From NCBI GenBank assembly GCA_964588985.1, contig CAZPQW010000003.1, forward strand, positions 1 through 64,000: 64,000 nucleotides of DNA, given 5' to 3'. The notes beneath the pieces were generated by a model. The model saw nothing but the letters and a program-made list of their open reading frames with translations, ran no database searches and was not told the origin of the DNA. Origin of the DNA: an uncultured Solirubrobacteraceae bacterium (GTDB lineage Bacteria > Actinomycetota > Thermoleophilia > Solirubrobacterales > Solirubrobacteraceae). Below, piece by piece: positions 28,735 through 37,778 of this stretch. Each line of letters begins with the position of its first letter. The first letter of the stretch is position 1. The position numbers and the translations under genes were made by a program.

Positions 28735-30024
28735 ATGACCCGACTGAGCCAATACCTGCTGCCCACCGAGAAGCACGCGCCCGCCGACGCGGAGGCGATC
28801 TCGCACAAGCTCATGGTCCGCGCAGGGCTCATCCGCCAGATGGGCGCCGGCATGTGGACATGGCTCCCAGCCGGCTGGCGCGTGCACCAACGCGTCGTCG
28901 CCATCGTCCGCCACGAGATGGACGCCATCGGCGCCCAGGAGATGCTCATGCCCGTGCTGCAGCCCGCCGAGGTGTGGCGCAAGACCGGCCGCCTCGACAT
29001 CGACGAGTTGTTCAAGCTCACCGACCGCAAGGGCTCCGAGCTCGTCCTCGCCATGACCCACGAGGAGGCCGTCACCTTCCACATCGCCCAGACCGTCCGC
29101 TCCTACCGCGACCTGCCGCAGGTCGTCTACCACTTCCAGGTCAAGGAGCGCGACGAGCCGCGCCCGCGCGCCGGCGTGCTGCGCACACGCGAGTTCGTCA
29201 TGAAGGACTCCTACAGCTTCGACCGCGACCAGGCCGGGATGGAGCGCAACTACGCGCTCCACGTCGGCGCCTACGACCGCATCATGGACCGCACCGGGCT
29301 GCGCTGGTACCGCGTAGAGGGCGACGTCGGGATGATGGGCGGCGTCGGCGCGCACGAGTACATGGCCCCCTGCGCCGCCGGCGAGGACGAGGTCGCGCTC
29401 GGCTCCGACGGCTACGCCGCCAACATCGAGGTCGCCCAGAGCAGCCCCGACGTGGAGAAGGTCGGGGACGGGTATATGCGAGGCGGTGAGCCGCTCACGA
29501 TCGAGCCCGCGATCGAGATCGGCAACATCTTCAAGCTCGGCACGCGCTACTCCGAGCCGCTCGGCGCCACCTATCTCGATGAGACCGGCGCCGAGGTGCC
29601 GATCTGGATGGCCTCCTACGGCATCGGCCCCGCACGGATCGTCGCCGCCGCCGTCGAGCAGTTCGCCGACGAGCACGGCATCTCCTGGCCCAAGGCATTG
29701 GCGCCATTTGCCGTGCACCTCGTCACGCTCGGCAAGCCCGGCACGCCCGAGCGCGAAGCCGCCGACCGCGTCTACGACACGCTGCGCCAGGGCGGGGTGG
29801 AGGTGCTCTACGACGACCGCGACCTCGGCCCGGGCGAGAAGTTCGCCGACGCCGAGCTGCTCGGCTGCCCGCTGCGGCTCACCGTCGGGCGGCGCTCGCT
29901 CGAGTCCGGCGAGATCGAGGCGCAGATCCGCCGCGGGCGCGCTGAGGCGCCCGCGCTGGCGCTCGGAGGCGAGCCCGCACAGCTCCTGCGACAGCTGGAC
30001 GAGCTGTGGCAGAGCCTCGCCTAG
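28735..30024 (+). CDS. proS: Proline--tRNA ligase, compact form without a full editing insertion
   Basis: SHKLMVRAG, THEE, SYRDLP, RDE.RPR.G.LR.REF.MKDSYSF, IE.GNIFKLGTRYS, YGIG. Confidence 0.95.
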   Translation: MTRLSQYLLPTEKHAPADAEAISHKLMVRAGLIRQMGAGMWTWLPAGWRVHQRVVAIVRHEMDAIGAQEMLMPVLQPAEVWRKTGRLDIDELFKLTDRKGSELVLAMTHEEAVTFHIAQTVRSYRDLPQVVYHFQVKERDEPRPRAGVLRTREFVMKDSYSFDRDQAGMERNYALHVGAYDRIMDRTGLRWYRVEGDVGMMGGVGAHEYMAPCAAGEDEVALGSDGYAANIEVAQSSPDVEKVGDGYMRGGEPLTIEPAIEIGNIFKLGTRYSEPLGATYLDETGAEVPIWMASYGIGPARIVAAAVEQFADEHGISWPKALAPFAVHLVTLGKPGTPEREAADRVYDTLRQGGVEVLYDDRDLGPGEKFADAELLGCPLRLTVGRRSLESGEIEAQIRRGRAEAPALALGGEPAQLLRQLDELWQSLA

Positions 30025-30641
30025 GGAGCGCCGAGCGCTCGCGCCTGACCGTCAGGCGGCTGTTCGGCCTCGACCGCTCCGGGCCGCCGCCGGTCGAGAC
30101 GCAGGCCGGCCAGCCGCTGCGTCCCTGGACGATCCCCAACGCGATCGGCTTCACGCGCCTCGCGCTGATCCCAGTCTTCCTCGTAGTCGAGCTCTCCAGC
30201 ACAGGCGGAAACGGCGCGCTCGGCGCGACGCTGTTCGCTGTCATCGGCTGGGGCGACTACGCCGATGGCATCGCCGCACGTCTCACTCGCCAATACAGCC
30301 GTCTCGGCGCGCTCATGGACCCCGTCACCGACCGCCTGCTCGTCGTCTCCGGCGTCGTTGTCACCTGGCGTTTCGACCTGCTGCCGCGCTGGGCGCTCGC
30401 GGTCCTCGCCGCGCGCGAGCTTGCGATGCTCGTGCTCGGGCGCTACGCGCTCTCGCGCGGCGTCGAGCTGCGGATCAACTGGCCCGGACGGCTCGCGGTC
30501 GCGCCCGTCATGGGCTCGTTCTTCTTCGCTATGGCCGGCCTCGAAACGGTCGGTGAGTGGATGCTCTACGTCGGCCTCGCGATGGCGCTCGTCGCGACCG
30601 TGATGTATGCGCGGTCGAGCCTCGCCGAACTGCGCGAATAG
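30006..30641 (+). CDS. CDP-alcohol phosphatidyltransferase (PgsA2-like)
   Basis: TIPNAI, D.ADGIAAR...QYSRLGALMDPVTDR. Confidence 0.9.
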   Translation: MAEPRLGSAERSRLTVRRLFGLDRSGPPPVETQAGQPLRPWTIPNAIGFTRLALIPVFLVVELSSTGGNGALGATLFAVIGWGDYADGIAARLTRQYSRLGALMDPVTDRLLVVSGVVVTWRFDLLPRWALAVLAARELAMLVLGRYALSRGVELRINWPGRLAVAPVMGSFFFAMAGLETVGEWMLYVGLAMALVATVMYARSSLAELRE

Positions 30642-30703
30642 CCTCAAGCTCAGCCTGACCTTTTGGGCTATACTCGGGGTCCTGAAAGTCCGCGAGAGGA
30701 GAA

Positions 30704-30964
30704 GTGGCAACGATGGACGAGACGTTCCCCGACCTTGGCTCGCTGACGGATGTCGAACTGAAAGACGTCATCCGGTCGCTCACCGAGGAGGAGACCGAGA
30801 TCTCCTACAAGCGGCGCATCCTGCACGGCAAGATCGACATCCTGCGCGCCGAGCTCGTCAACCGCCTGCGTCACAAGCACGACGGCGGCGAGGTCATGAT
30901 CACCGGCGATGACGTGCAGCGGCTCACCGACATCCTCGCTCACCGGCAGCCCGACACCGACTAG
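30704..30964 (+). CDS. Single-motif RsiG/AmfC-like c-di-GMP-binding anti-sigma factor
   Basis: E-TEI-S-YK-R-RIL-H-GKI-D-ILRAEL resembles the RsiG ExxxSxxRxxxQxxxD motif. Confidence 0.7.
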   Translation: MATMDETFPDLGSLTDVELKDVIRSLTEEETEISYKRRILHGKIDILRAELVNRLRHKHDGGEVMITGDDVQRLTDILAHRQPDTD

Positions 30965-30973
30965 GCACACGCC

Positions 30974-31444
30974 GTGGCCCTGCACTGCACCGAGTGCGGC
31001 TTCGTCAACGGCGAGGGAGCCAACTACTGCCAGCGCTGCGGCTCGCTGCTGCAACGCGCCGACGGTGGGGAAGGGGATCCGGTCACCGCCACGTACCGCA
31101 TCGACGAGGCCGGCGACTTCGTGCCGGTCGAGATCGAGGAGGTCATCCGCCACGGCCCCGCGCTCGTCATCCGCGCGGGCGGCGGACGGGAGGGCGAGAG
31201 CTTCGTCGTCGACGGCGAGCGCATGAGCATCGGCCGACGCCCCGACTCCGAGGTGTTCCTCGACGACGTCACCGTCTCGCGCGACCACGCGCTGCTCATC
31301 AGTCGCAGCGACGCCTGGTACCTCGACGATTGCGGATCGCTCAACGGGACCTACGTCAACCGCTCGAGGATCGAGTCCCACCATCTCCAGGAGGGCGATG
31401 AGGTGCAGATAGGCAAGTACAAGCTCACGTTCCACGCGCGCTGA
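30974..31444 (+). CDS. Zinc-ribbon plus FHA domain protein (GarA/OdhI-like)
   Basis: CTECG...NYCQRCG; IGR.PDSEVFLDDVTVSRDHA, GSLNGTYVNR, QIGKYKL. Confidence 0.88.
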   Translation: MALHCTECGFVNGEGANYCQRCGSLLQRADGGEGDPVTATYRIDEAGDFVPVEIEEVIRHGPALVIRAGGGREGESFVVDGERMSIGRRPDSEVFLDDVTVSRDHALLISRSDAWYLDDCGSLNGTYVNRSRIESHHLQEGDEVQIGKYKLTFHAR

Positions 31445-32253
31445 TGGCCGTCCACACGACACCCACCGACACCGCAGGCCTCGCCAGTACCCGTGAGGGT
31501 GACGTCGAGCTGGTTGAGCCAGTCCCCGCTGTGGGCGAACTTGGCAAGCGCCAGAAATCGCTCACCATCGGCGCGGTGTGCAAGGCGCTCGCGCAGGAGT
31601 TCCCCGACATCTCGATCTCCAAGATCCGCTACCTCGAGGATCAGAAGCTGCTCACCCCGCGTCGCACCCCCGGCGGCTACCGCCTCTACACCCAGGGCGA
31701 CGTCGCGCGGCTGCGCACGATCCTGCGCATGCAGCGCGACGAGTTCCTGCCGCTGCGCGTCATCCGCCAGGAGCTGGCGGCTGGGCGAGCCGGCGAGACG
31801 GCGCCCGCGCCAGGACGCCCCGCCCGCGATGGCACGCGCACGTGGCGCTCGAGCATGAGCGTCAGCGACGGCGCCGGAGCGCTCTACTCGATCGACGACG
31901 TGCTCGAGGAGACCAAGGCCGAGGCGAAGCTCGTGCGCGAGCTGGAGGAGTACGGCGTCGTCAAGGGCGAGCTGCGCGGCGGCGTGCGTTACTTCGACGA
32001 GACCGAGCGCGAGATCATCGGCGCCGTCGCCGAACTCGCGCGCTACGGGGTCGGCGGGCGCAACCTCAGGGTGTTCCGCTCCTCCGCCGACCGCGAGGCC
32101 AACCTGCTCCAGCAGATCCTCGCGCCCGCGCTGCGCTCGCGCAACCCCGAGCGGCGCAAGGAGGCCGTCGAGGCGCTCGAGAACCTCGCCGCGGTCGCCA
32201 CCCACCTCAAGCACCTGTTGCTTATCCGAGACCTCCGCAAGATCGTCAGGTGA
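31444..32253 (+). CDS. MerR-family regulator (Rv1828/FtsR-like)
   Basis: TIGAV...L..EFPDISISKIRYLE, RTPGGYRLY, QRDEFLPLRVI. Confidence 0.88.
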   Translation: MAVHTTPTDTAGLASTREGDVELVEPVPAVGELGKRQKSLTIGAVCKALAQEFPDISISKIRYLEDQKLLTPRRTPGGYRLYTQGDVARLRTILRMQRDEFLPLRVIRQELAAGRAGETAPAPGRPARDGTRTWRSSMSVSDGAGALYSIDDVLEETKAEAKLVRELEEYGVVKGELRGGVRYFDETEREIIGAVAELARYGVGGRNLRVFRSSADREANLLQQILAPALRSRNPERRKEAVEALENLAAVATHLKHLLLIRDLRKIVR

Positions 32254-32789
32254 GCGACGCCCGCCCGCCCGCCGAGCTGCGCTCGCTGATCCGCGACATA
32301 CCCGACTTCCCCAAGCCGGGGATCCTCTTCAAGGACATCACGCCGCTGCTCGCCGACGCCGGTGCGCTCGCCGACGCGGTCAGGCAGCTCGCCGACCACG
32401 CGCGCCCGCTGCAGGTCGACTGCGTGATCGCCGCCGAGGCGCGCGGCTTCCTGCTCGGACCCGCGCTCGCGCTCGAGCTCGGCGCGGGGTTCGTGCTCGC
32501 GCGCAAGCCCGGCAAGCTCCCCTACGAGACCGTCAGCGCCGAATACGAGCTCGAGTACGGCGAAGGGCAGCTCGAGCTCCACACCGACGCGGTCGCCAGC
32601 GGCCGGCGCGTGCTCGTGCACGACGACCTGCTCGCCACCGGCGGCACCGCCGCGACCCTGTGCGAGCTCGTCGAGCAGCTCGGCGGCCAGGTCGTCGGCT
32701 GCGGCTTCCTGATCGAGCTCGCGTTCCTCGGCGGCCGCGCCCACCTCGCGCCGCACGACGTGCACGCGCTGCTCACCTACGACTCCTGA
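32250..32789 (+). CDS. apt: Adenine phosphoribosyltransferase
   Basis: PDFPKPGILFKDITP, EARGF, RKPGKLP, Y.LEYG, DDLLATGGT. Confidence 0.96.
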   Translation: MSDARPPAELRSLIRDIPDFPKPGILFKDITPLLADAGALADAVRQLADHARPLQVDCVIAAEARGFLLGPALALELGAGFVLARKPGKLPYETVSAEYELEYGEGQLELHTDAVASGRRVLVHDDLLATGGTAATLCELVEQLGGQVVGCGFLIELAFLGGRAHLAPHDVHALLTYDS

Positions 32790-32807
32790 CGAACTAACCT
32801 TGGCCTC

Positions 32808-33290
32808 GTGCCGACTGCTCGCAGAAGCCGCACCATCGCCGCGCCCGTCGAGGATCTGTGGGCGCTCATCGACGACCCCCACCACCTGCCGCGCTGGTGG
32901 CCGCGCGTGGAGCGCGTCGAGGACGTTGAGGGGGACGCGTTCACCGAGGTGATGCGCACGCGCAAGGGCAAACTCGTGCGCGCCGACTTCGACGTCACCC
33001 ACCGCGACGAGCCCGAGCACACGCTCACGTGGTCCCAGCGCGTGCACGGCACCCCGTTCGAGCAGGTGCTGAGCTCTGCCGAGACGCAGCTGTGGCTCAC
33101 TCCCAGCGAAACCAGCCGCAGGAGCACCGACGTGACGCTCGAGCTGCGCCAGGAGATGGTGCGCTACTCCGGCCGCTCCAGCGGACTGTTCATGGGCCTA
33201 GCGCCGCGCTTCGGAAGCACGATGGTGCGCCGCGCCGCGGCGGCAACGCTCGACGAGGCGCTCGACGGGCTGGAGCGAGTCAGTGGCTGA
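32808..33290 (+). CDS. SRPBCC/START-fold protein
   Basis: SRTIAAPVEDLWALIDDP..LPRWWP; C-terminal helix ...LDGLE. Confidence 0.75.
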   Translation: MPTARRSRTIAAPVEDLWALIDDPHHLPRWWPRVERVEDVEGDAFTEVMRTRKGKLVRADFDVTHRDEPEHTLTWSQRVHGTPFEQVLSSAETQLWLTPSETSRRSTDVTLELRQEMVRYSGRSSGLFMGLAPRFGSTMVRRAAAATLDEALDGLERVSG

Positions 33291-34929
33291 GCTGTCGGCC
33301 GCACCGCAGATGCGCTGGTGGGGGTGGGGAGACCCTGAGCACCCCGCCGCGCTGCCGGCACACGCGCTCGGCTTCCTGCGCGAGACCGTCGGGGTCGCCG
33401 AGCGCCCTTCGCCGCCCGTCGCCCTCGAACACGTGCGGCTCGACCCGCCCACGCTCCCCGAGGATCTGCTCGCGAAGCTGCGCGCGATCCTCGGCTCCGA
33501 CGGTGTGCAGGATTCGCACGTGGCGCGTGTGCTGCACGCCGCCGGCAAGGGCTACCCGGACCTCGTGCGGATGCGCGCCGGCGAGCCGGAGGGCGCCCCC
33601 GACGCGGTGCTCTACCCGTCAGACCACGAGCAGCTGCGCGCGGTGCTCGCACTGTGCGGGCGCTCATCGCTCGCGGTCGTGCCGTTCGGCGGCGGCACGA
33701 GCGTCGTCGGCGGCGTCGCGCCTCTGCGCGGCGAGCACAGCGGCGTGGTCGCGCTTGACATGGCGCGCATGGGAGAAGTGCTGGAACTCGACCGCGACTC
33801 GGCGACCGTCACAGTCCAGGGCGGCATGCGCGCGCCCGCGCTCGAGCGCCATCTCGCCGCGCGTGGGCTCACGCTCGGGCACTTCCCGCAGTCCTTCGAG
33901 TACGTCTCGCTCGGTGGCTGCGCCGCGACGCGCTCGGCCGGACAGGCCTCCACCGGCTACGGGTCGATCGAGAAGCTCGTGCTCGGGCTGCGCGTCGCGG
34001 CTCCCAAGTGCGACATCGAGCTGCCCGCGGTCCCCGCGAGCGCCGCCGGGCCCGGCCTGCGTCAGCTGCTCGTCGGCTCGGAGGGCACGCTCGGGGTGAT
34101 CAGCGAGGTCGCGCTGCGCGTGCGCCCCGCACCGACCGAGCGGATCTACGAGGGCGTGTTCTTCGAGGACTTCCTCGCCGGCACGCAGGCGCTGCGCACG
34201 CTCGCGCGCGAGCACGTGCTGCCTGACGTGACGCGCCTGTCCGACGAGCAGGAGACGCGCATGTCGCTCGCGCTCGCCGGCACGGGCGGCCTGAAGGGCA
34301 GGCTCGGGCGGGCGTATCTGAGCGCGCGCGGGTACGCCGGCGGGTGCCTCGCGATCTTCGGCTTCGAGGGCTCGCCCGCGGACGTCGCGAACCGGCGCGG
34401 GCGCGCACTCGAGCTGGCGCGCTCCAGCGGCGGCCTCGCGGTCGGGCGCTCGCCCGGTGCGGCGTGGCGGCACAGCCGCTTCGCCGGCCCCTACCTGCGC
34501 GACGAGCTGCTCACGCTCGGCGTGATGGTCGAGACGCTCGAGACCGCCACGCAGTGGTCGAACATCGCGCGCCTGCACCGCCAGGTGGCGGACGCGATCG
34601 CGCGCGCCCTGGAGTCGCACGGGACGCCCGGCCTCGTGATGTGCCACGTCTCGCACGTCTACGAGACGGGCGCGTCGCTGTACTTCACGTTCATCGCACG
34701 CCAGAGCGAGGACGATCCGATCGGGCAGTGGCGCGCGGTCAAGCACGCCGCCGGCGACGCGATCGTGGACGGCGGCGGCACGATCACCCACCACCACGCG
34801 GTCGGGCGCGATCACATGGGGTGGATGTCGCGTGAGATCGGCGAGGGCGGGCTCGACGCGCTGCGCGCGGTGAAGGCCGAGCTCGACCCCGCCGGGATCA
34901 TGAACCCCGGGAAGCTGCTCGCGCTCTGA
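33283..34929 (+). CDS. FAD-binding oxidoreductase, alkyl-DHAP synthase (AgpS)-like
   Basis: WWGWG, PFGGGTSVVGG, GHFPQSFEY, GSEGTLG, CHVSHVY..GASLYFT, THHHAVG, NPGKL. Confidence 0.85.
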   Translation: MAELSAAPQMRWWGWGDPEHPAALPAHALGFLRETVGVAERPSPPVALEHVRLDPPTLPEDLLAKLRAILGSDGVQDSHVARVLHAAGKGYPDLVRMRAGEPEGAPDAVLYPSDHEQLRAVLALCGRSSLAVVPFGGGTSVVGGVAPLRGEHSGVVALDMARMGEVLELDRDSATVTVQGGMRAPALERHLAARGLTLGHFPQSFEYVSLGGCAATRSAGQASTGYGSIEKLVLGLRVAAPKCDIELPAVPASAAGPGLRQLLVGSEGTLGVISEVALRVRPAPTERIYEGVFFEDFLAGTQALRTLAREHVLPDVTRLSDEQETRMSLALAGTGGLKGRLGRAYLSARGYAGGCLAIFGFEGSPADVANRRGRALELARSSGGLAVGRSPGAAWRHSRFAGPYLRDELLTLGVMVETLETATQWSNIARLHRQVADAIARALESHGTPGLVMCHVSHVYETGASLYFTFIARQSEDDPIGQWRAVKHAAGDAIVDGGGTITHHHAVGRDHMGWMSREIGEGGLDALRAVKAELDPAGIMNPGKLLAL

Positions 34930-34936
34930 ACGGTGC

Positions 34937-34968
34937 TCTCAGAAGACTCTGAGAACCCGTGCTACGCT
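34937..34968 (+). promoter_or_regulatory. Palindrome and -10 box upstream of the TA operon
   Basis: tctcaga-agac-tctgaga at 34937-34954; TACGCT at 34963-34968, 7 nt before ATG. Confidence 0.5.
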
Positions 34969-34975
34969 GTGCGAC

Positions 34976-35242
34976 ATGAGAGTCGTTACTCATCGTGAGA
35001 TGCGCAATCAAAGCGGTGACATCCTGCGTCGCGTGGCCAACGGAGAGACCATCCAGGTCACCAACAACGGACAGGTCGCAGCGGTGATCGGGCCGCCGGG
35101 CGACGATCCACTCGCGGACCTGGTCTCCCGAGGTCAGGTGAGGGTGGCGCGAACACACCCGTCCAGCCTGCGGTCAATCGTTCGACGCAAGAGCACGGCC
35201 GACAGCCAGGCGATAGTGGCCGACGTCCGTGGCCGCTGGTGA
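34976..35242 (+). CDS. Type II antitoxin, Phd/YefM family
   Basis: REMRNQSGDILRRV.NGETI.VTNNG..AA.I.P. Confidence 0.88.
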   Translation: MRVVTHREMRNQSGDILRRVANGETIQVTNNGQVAAVIGPPGDDPLADLVSRGQVRVARTHPSSLRSIVRRKSTADSQAIVADVRGRW

Positions 35243-35637
35243 CGACCAGCTATCTGGATACCTCAGCCGCGATGAAGCTCGTCCTCGACGAGCCGCAATC
35301 CGAGGCGCTGACCGCAGAGTTGGCAGGGCAGGACGATCGGCGGCTGGTCTCCTCCTGGTTGCTGCACACCGAGATGCACTGTGCCGCGGGGCGCCACCCC
35401 GAAGATGTCGACCCTGAGGCGGTGGGGACCGTGCTTGATTCCGTGAGCCTGATCGACCTCACACGCGGAGATCTGCTCGCGGCCGGCACGCACGCGCCGC
35501 TGCGATCCAACGACGCCATCCATCTCGCCGTCGCGCTCAGGGTCGGCGCCGATGAGATCGTCACTTACAACGGGGAGCTTGCTGAGCGGGCGACAGCGGC
35601 CGGCCTGCCTGTGCTGTCACCGGGAACCGGTTCGTAA
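35239..35637 (+). CDS. vapC: VapC PIN-domain toxin
   Basis: YLDTSA..KLV..E, LRS.DAIHLA.A, IVTY; GTGA overlap with the antitoxin. Confidence 0.88.
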   Translation: MTTSYLDTSAAMKLVLDEPQSEALTAELAGQDDRRLVSSWLLHTEMHCAAGRHPEDVDPEAVGTVLDSVSLIDLTRGDLLAAGTHAPLRSNDAIHLAVALRVGADEIVTYNGELAERATAAGLPVLSPGTGS

Positions 35638-35664
35638 CCTCCGAGCGACTTGTGCCACAGCCAG

Positions 35665-35705
35665 TGGCGAGACCGGGACTCGAACCCGGGACACCACGAT
35701 TTCAG
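35665..35705 (-). pseudogene. 3' half of a tRNA, probably tRNA-Phe(GAA); att-site-like fragment
   Basis: Minus strand reads ctgaaatcgtggtgtc-ccggg-ttcgagt-cccgg-tctcgcca: intact T-arm and acceptor 3' strand, no D-arm or 5' half. Confidence 0.75.
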
Positions 35706-36676
35706 CCCTGCAGTTTGAACGGGCCGCGCAGCACCACGTGACCGGGCTTGGTGGGGTGCGCGCTCGTCTCGCGCGTGAGCAGGATTTCGCGGAAGGAGCC
35801 GGCGTCGCTCGGCAGCAGCGCCCCGCCGGCGAGTTTGTGATCGGAGCCGACGTTCGGCGCCTTGCTCACCGCCTCGGCGCTCGTGTGCGAGTTGTACAGC
35901 CACACCGCGTAGAAGAAGTGCTTCGACGGAGGCAGATGTTCGGCGGCGATGTAGAACGCGCGCTTGCCGTTTTCGGCGAGGACCTCGACGACCCCGATGC
36001 TCCTGCTCTTCGAGTCCGGCGATTTGATCGGCAGCTGCGCGCTGACCGTCGGCCCTGCCGTTTTCGATGTGCCGGTGCTCGTGGTGGAGGATTTCGCGCT
36101 CGATTTGGGGTGCGAGCCGCCGTTGTTCGCGAGCAGCACCACGGCCACCACGACGGCGATCACGATCGCGCCGAGCAGCAGCGCGCCGCCGAGGCGAGAG
36201 CTGGGCGGCTGGGTCGAGGCTATGGGTGAGCCGCTGCGTGGCGCGGCCGACAGGTCCGCGATGCTTTCGCCGATCCTTGGAGCCTGCGTGGTGGGCGTCG
36301 TGGCGAGGGCTGGCGTGGTCGTCGCCGGTGGGATGTCGGGGAGCTCCGCGGGGCCGAGCGCAGCGAGCTCGTCCGCGAGCGCCTGCGCCCACGCGCGGGC
36401 GGGCTCGGCGGAGCCGAGGTGGGTGCGCGTCCTCAGGCGCTCTGCGATCCCCGGCTGCTGGCCGAGCAGGTAGTCGGCGATCTCCTCGCGCCGGTCCGGT
36501 GTGAGCTCGCGCGCCTGGCGCGGCGCGAGCACCGCGAGCGCGGCGTGGGCGCGGTCGTGCACCGCGGTCTCCGCGATCCCGAGCAGGACGGCCACCTCGG
36601 CGTAGGTCTTGCGCTGGCGCAGGAGTAGGGAGAGCGTCGCGCGCTGGTCGGGGGGGAGCTCGTCCAATCTGCCCAT
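35702..36676 (-). CDS. Sigma-70 region-4 HTH fused to anti-sigma-like helices, a TM segment and an extracytoplasmic RskA-like domain
   Basis: LDELPPDQRATLSL...KTYAEVAVLLGI.ETAV.DR; EEIADYLLGQ...RTHL; TM LGGALLLGAIVIAVVVAVVLL; FYAVWLY. Confidence 0.65.
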   Translation of the reverse strand: MGRLDELPPDQRATLSLLLRQRKTYAEVAVLLGIAETAVHDRAHAALAVLAPRQARELTPDRREEIADYLLGQQPGIAERLRTRTHLGSAEPARAWAQALADELAALGPAELPDIPPATTTPALATTPTTQAPRIGESIADLSAAPRSGSPIASTQPPSSRLGGALLLGAIVIAVVVAVVLLANNGGSHPKSSAKSSTTSTGTSKTAGPTVSAQLPIKSPDSKSRSIGVVEVLAENGKRAFYIAAEHLPPSKHFFYAVWLYNSHTSAEAVSKAPNVGSDHKLAGGALLPSDAGSFREILLTRETSAHPTKPGHVVLRGPFKLQG

Positions 36677-36748
36677 GGTGTGTGTCCTCTGCCGCGGCGG
36701 GCGCGTGCGCGCCGGCTGCGACGGACCGTAGGCTATCGTGGCGGCGGG

Positions 36749-37165
36749 ATGGCCACAGTCAGCGCGGAGCAGATCAACGCACACCTGCAGGGCTTCGACC
36801 GCCTATACGGCCTCGAGATGATCCACTGCTCGGACACCGAGGTGCGCGCTCAGCTGCCCGTTCGCGACGAGATCAAGCAGCCCGCGGGGCTCGTGCACGG
36901 CGGCGTTTACGCGTCGATCGCCGAGTCGATGACCTCGATGGCGACCCATCTGGCGGTGCTCGAGAACGGCGACGCGGCGATGGGGCTGTCCAACAACACG
37001 AGCTTCCTGCGCCCGATCACCGAGGGGACCGTGCACGCGCACGCCACGCGCGTGCACCGCGGACGCACCACGTGGGTGTGGGACGTGCGCTTCAGCGACG
37101 ACGCCGAGCGCACGTGCGCGGTGACGCGCATGACGATCGCCGTGCGCCCCGCCGTCGCGCGGTAA
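36749..37165 (+). CDS. PaaI-family thioesterase
   Basis: QPAGLVHGGVYASIAES, FLRP, HRGRTTWVW. Confidence 0.9.
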   Translation: MATVSAEQINAHLQGFDRLYGLEMIHCSDTEVRAQLPVRDEIKQPAGLVHGGVYASIAESMTSMATHLAVLENGDAAMGLSNNTSFLRPITEGTVHAHATRVHRGRTTWVWDVRFSDDAERTCAVTRMTIAVRPAVAR

Positions 37166-37183
37166 CGCCGCGGAGGCTGGTCG

Positions 37184-37756
37184 CTAACCGAGCGGGTGCA
37201 GCGGCGGCGGGATCTGAGACGAAGACAGGGGCGTGGCGCCGAAGCCGGTGTCGGGGAGCGGCGCCGGCAGCGGAGCTTCGGGCTCGCTCACCTCGTTGAT
37301 CGCCACGACGGTCCTTGCGGCGGCGAGCGCGAGCTGCGGGTTCGAGGCGTAGATGCTCACCACCACGCCCGCGGTCGGTATCGAGATCGACCTGCCCGCC
37401 TGCGCGATCGTCGCCGGTACGCCGCGGATCGAGCTCACGCTGCTCGGCGCGGCGCCGCCGGGGACGAAGCTGTTGTCCGGCGAGGTGACGACGCGCAGCG
37501 GCGCCACGCACACCGACTGCCCGCCGCGCAGGCAGTTGCCGTACTGCAGCGTATAGGCGCCGCCTGGATCATGCGTGGATTCGGTGAGCTGCATGCCCTC
37601 GAAGCGCGAGCCCAGCCAGTAGACCGGGTAGGGCGCCTCGATCACGCCCTCCAGGGTGTTGGCGGAGACCGCCTGGTTCTGCAGCGTGTCGCCGCAGTCG
37701 CCGAGCGCAAGCGCGAGCATGCACAGCCCGGTGAGCGATATGAGACTGCGACGCAC
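37184..37756 (-). CDS. Putative lipoprotein of unknown function
   Basis: MRR plus hydrophobic stretch ending LALGDC-G; PYPVYWLG motif. Confidence 0.6.
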   Translation of the reverse strand: MRRSLISLTGLCMLALALGDCGDTLQNQAVSANTLEGVIEAPYPVYWLGSRFEGMQLTESTHDPGGAYTLQYGNCLRGGQSVCVAPLRVVTSPDNSFVPGGAAPSSVSSIRGVPATIAQAGRSISIPTAGVVVSIYASNPQLALAAARTVVAINEVSEPEAPLPAPLPDTGFGATPLSSSQIPPPLHPLG

Positions 37757-37778
37757 GCCGGGGAGAGTAACGAGCGCT

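Noticed and set aside
35665-35740. Intact tRNA gene
   Set aside because: No D-arm, 5' anticodon stem or 5' acceptor strand; kept only as a fragment
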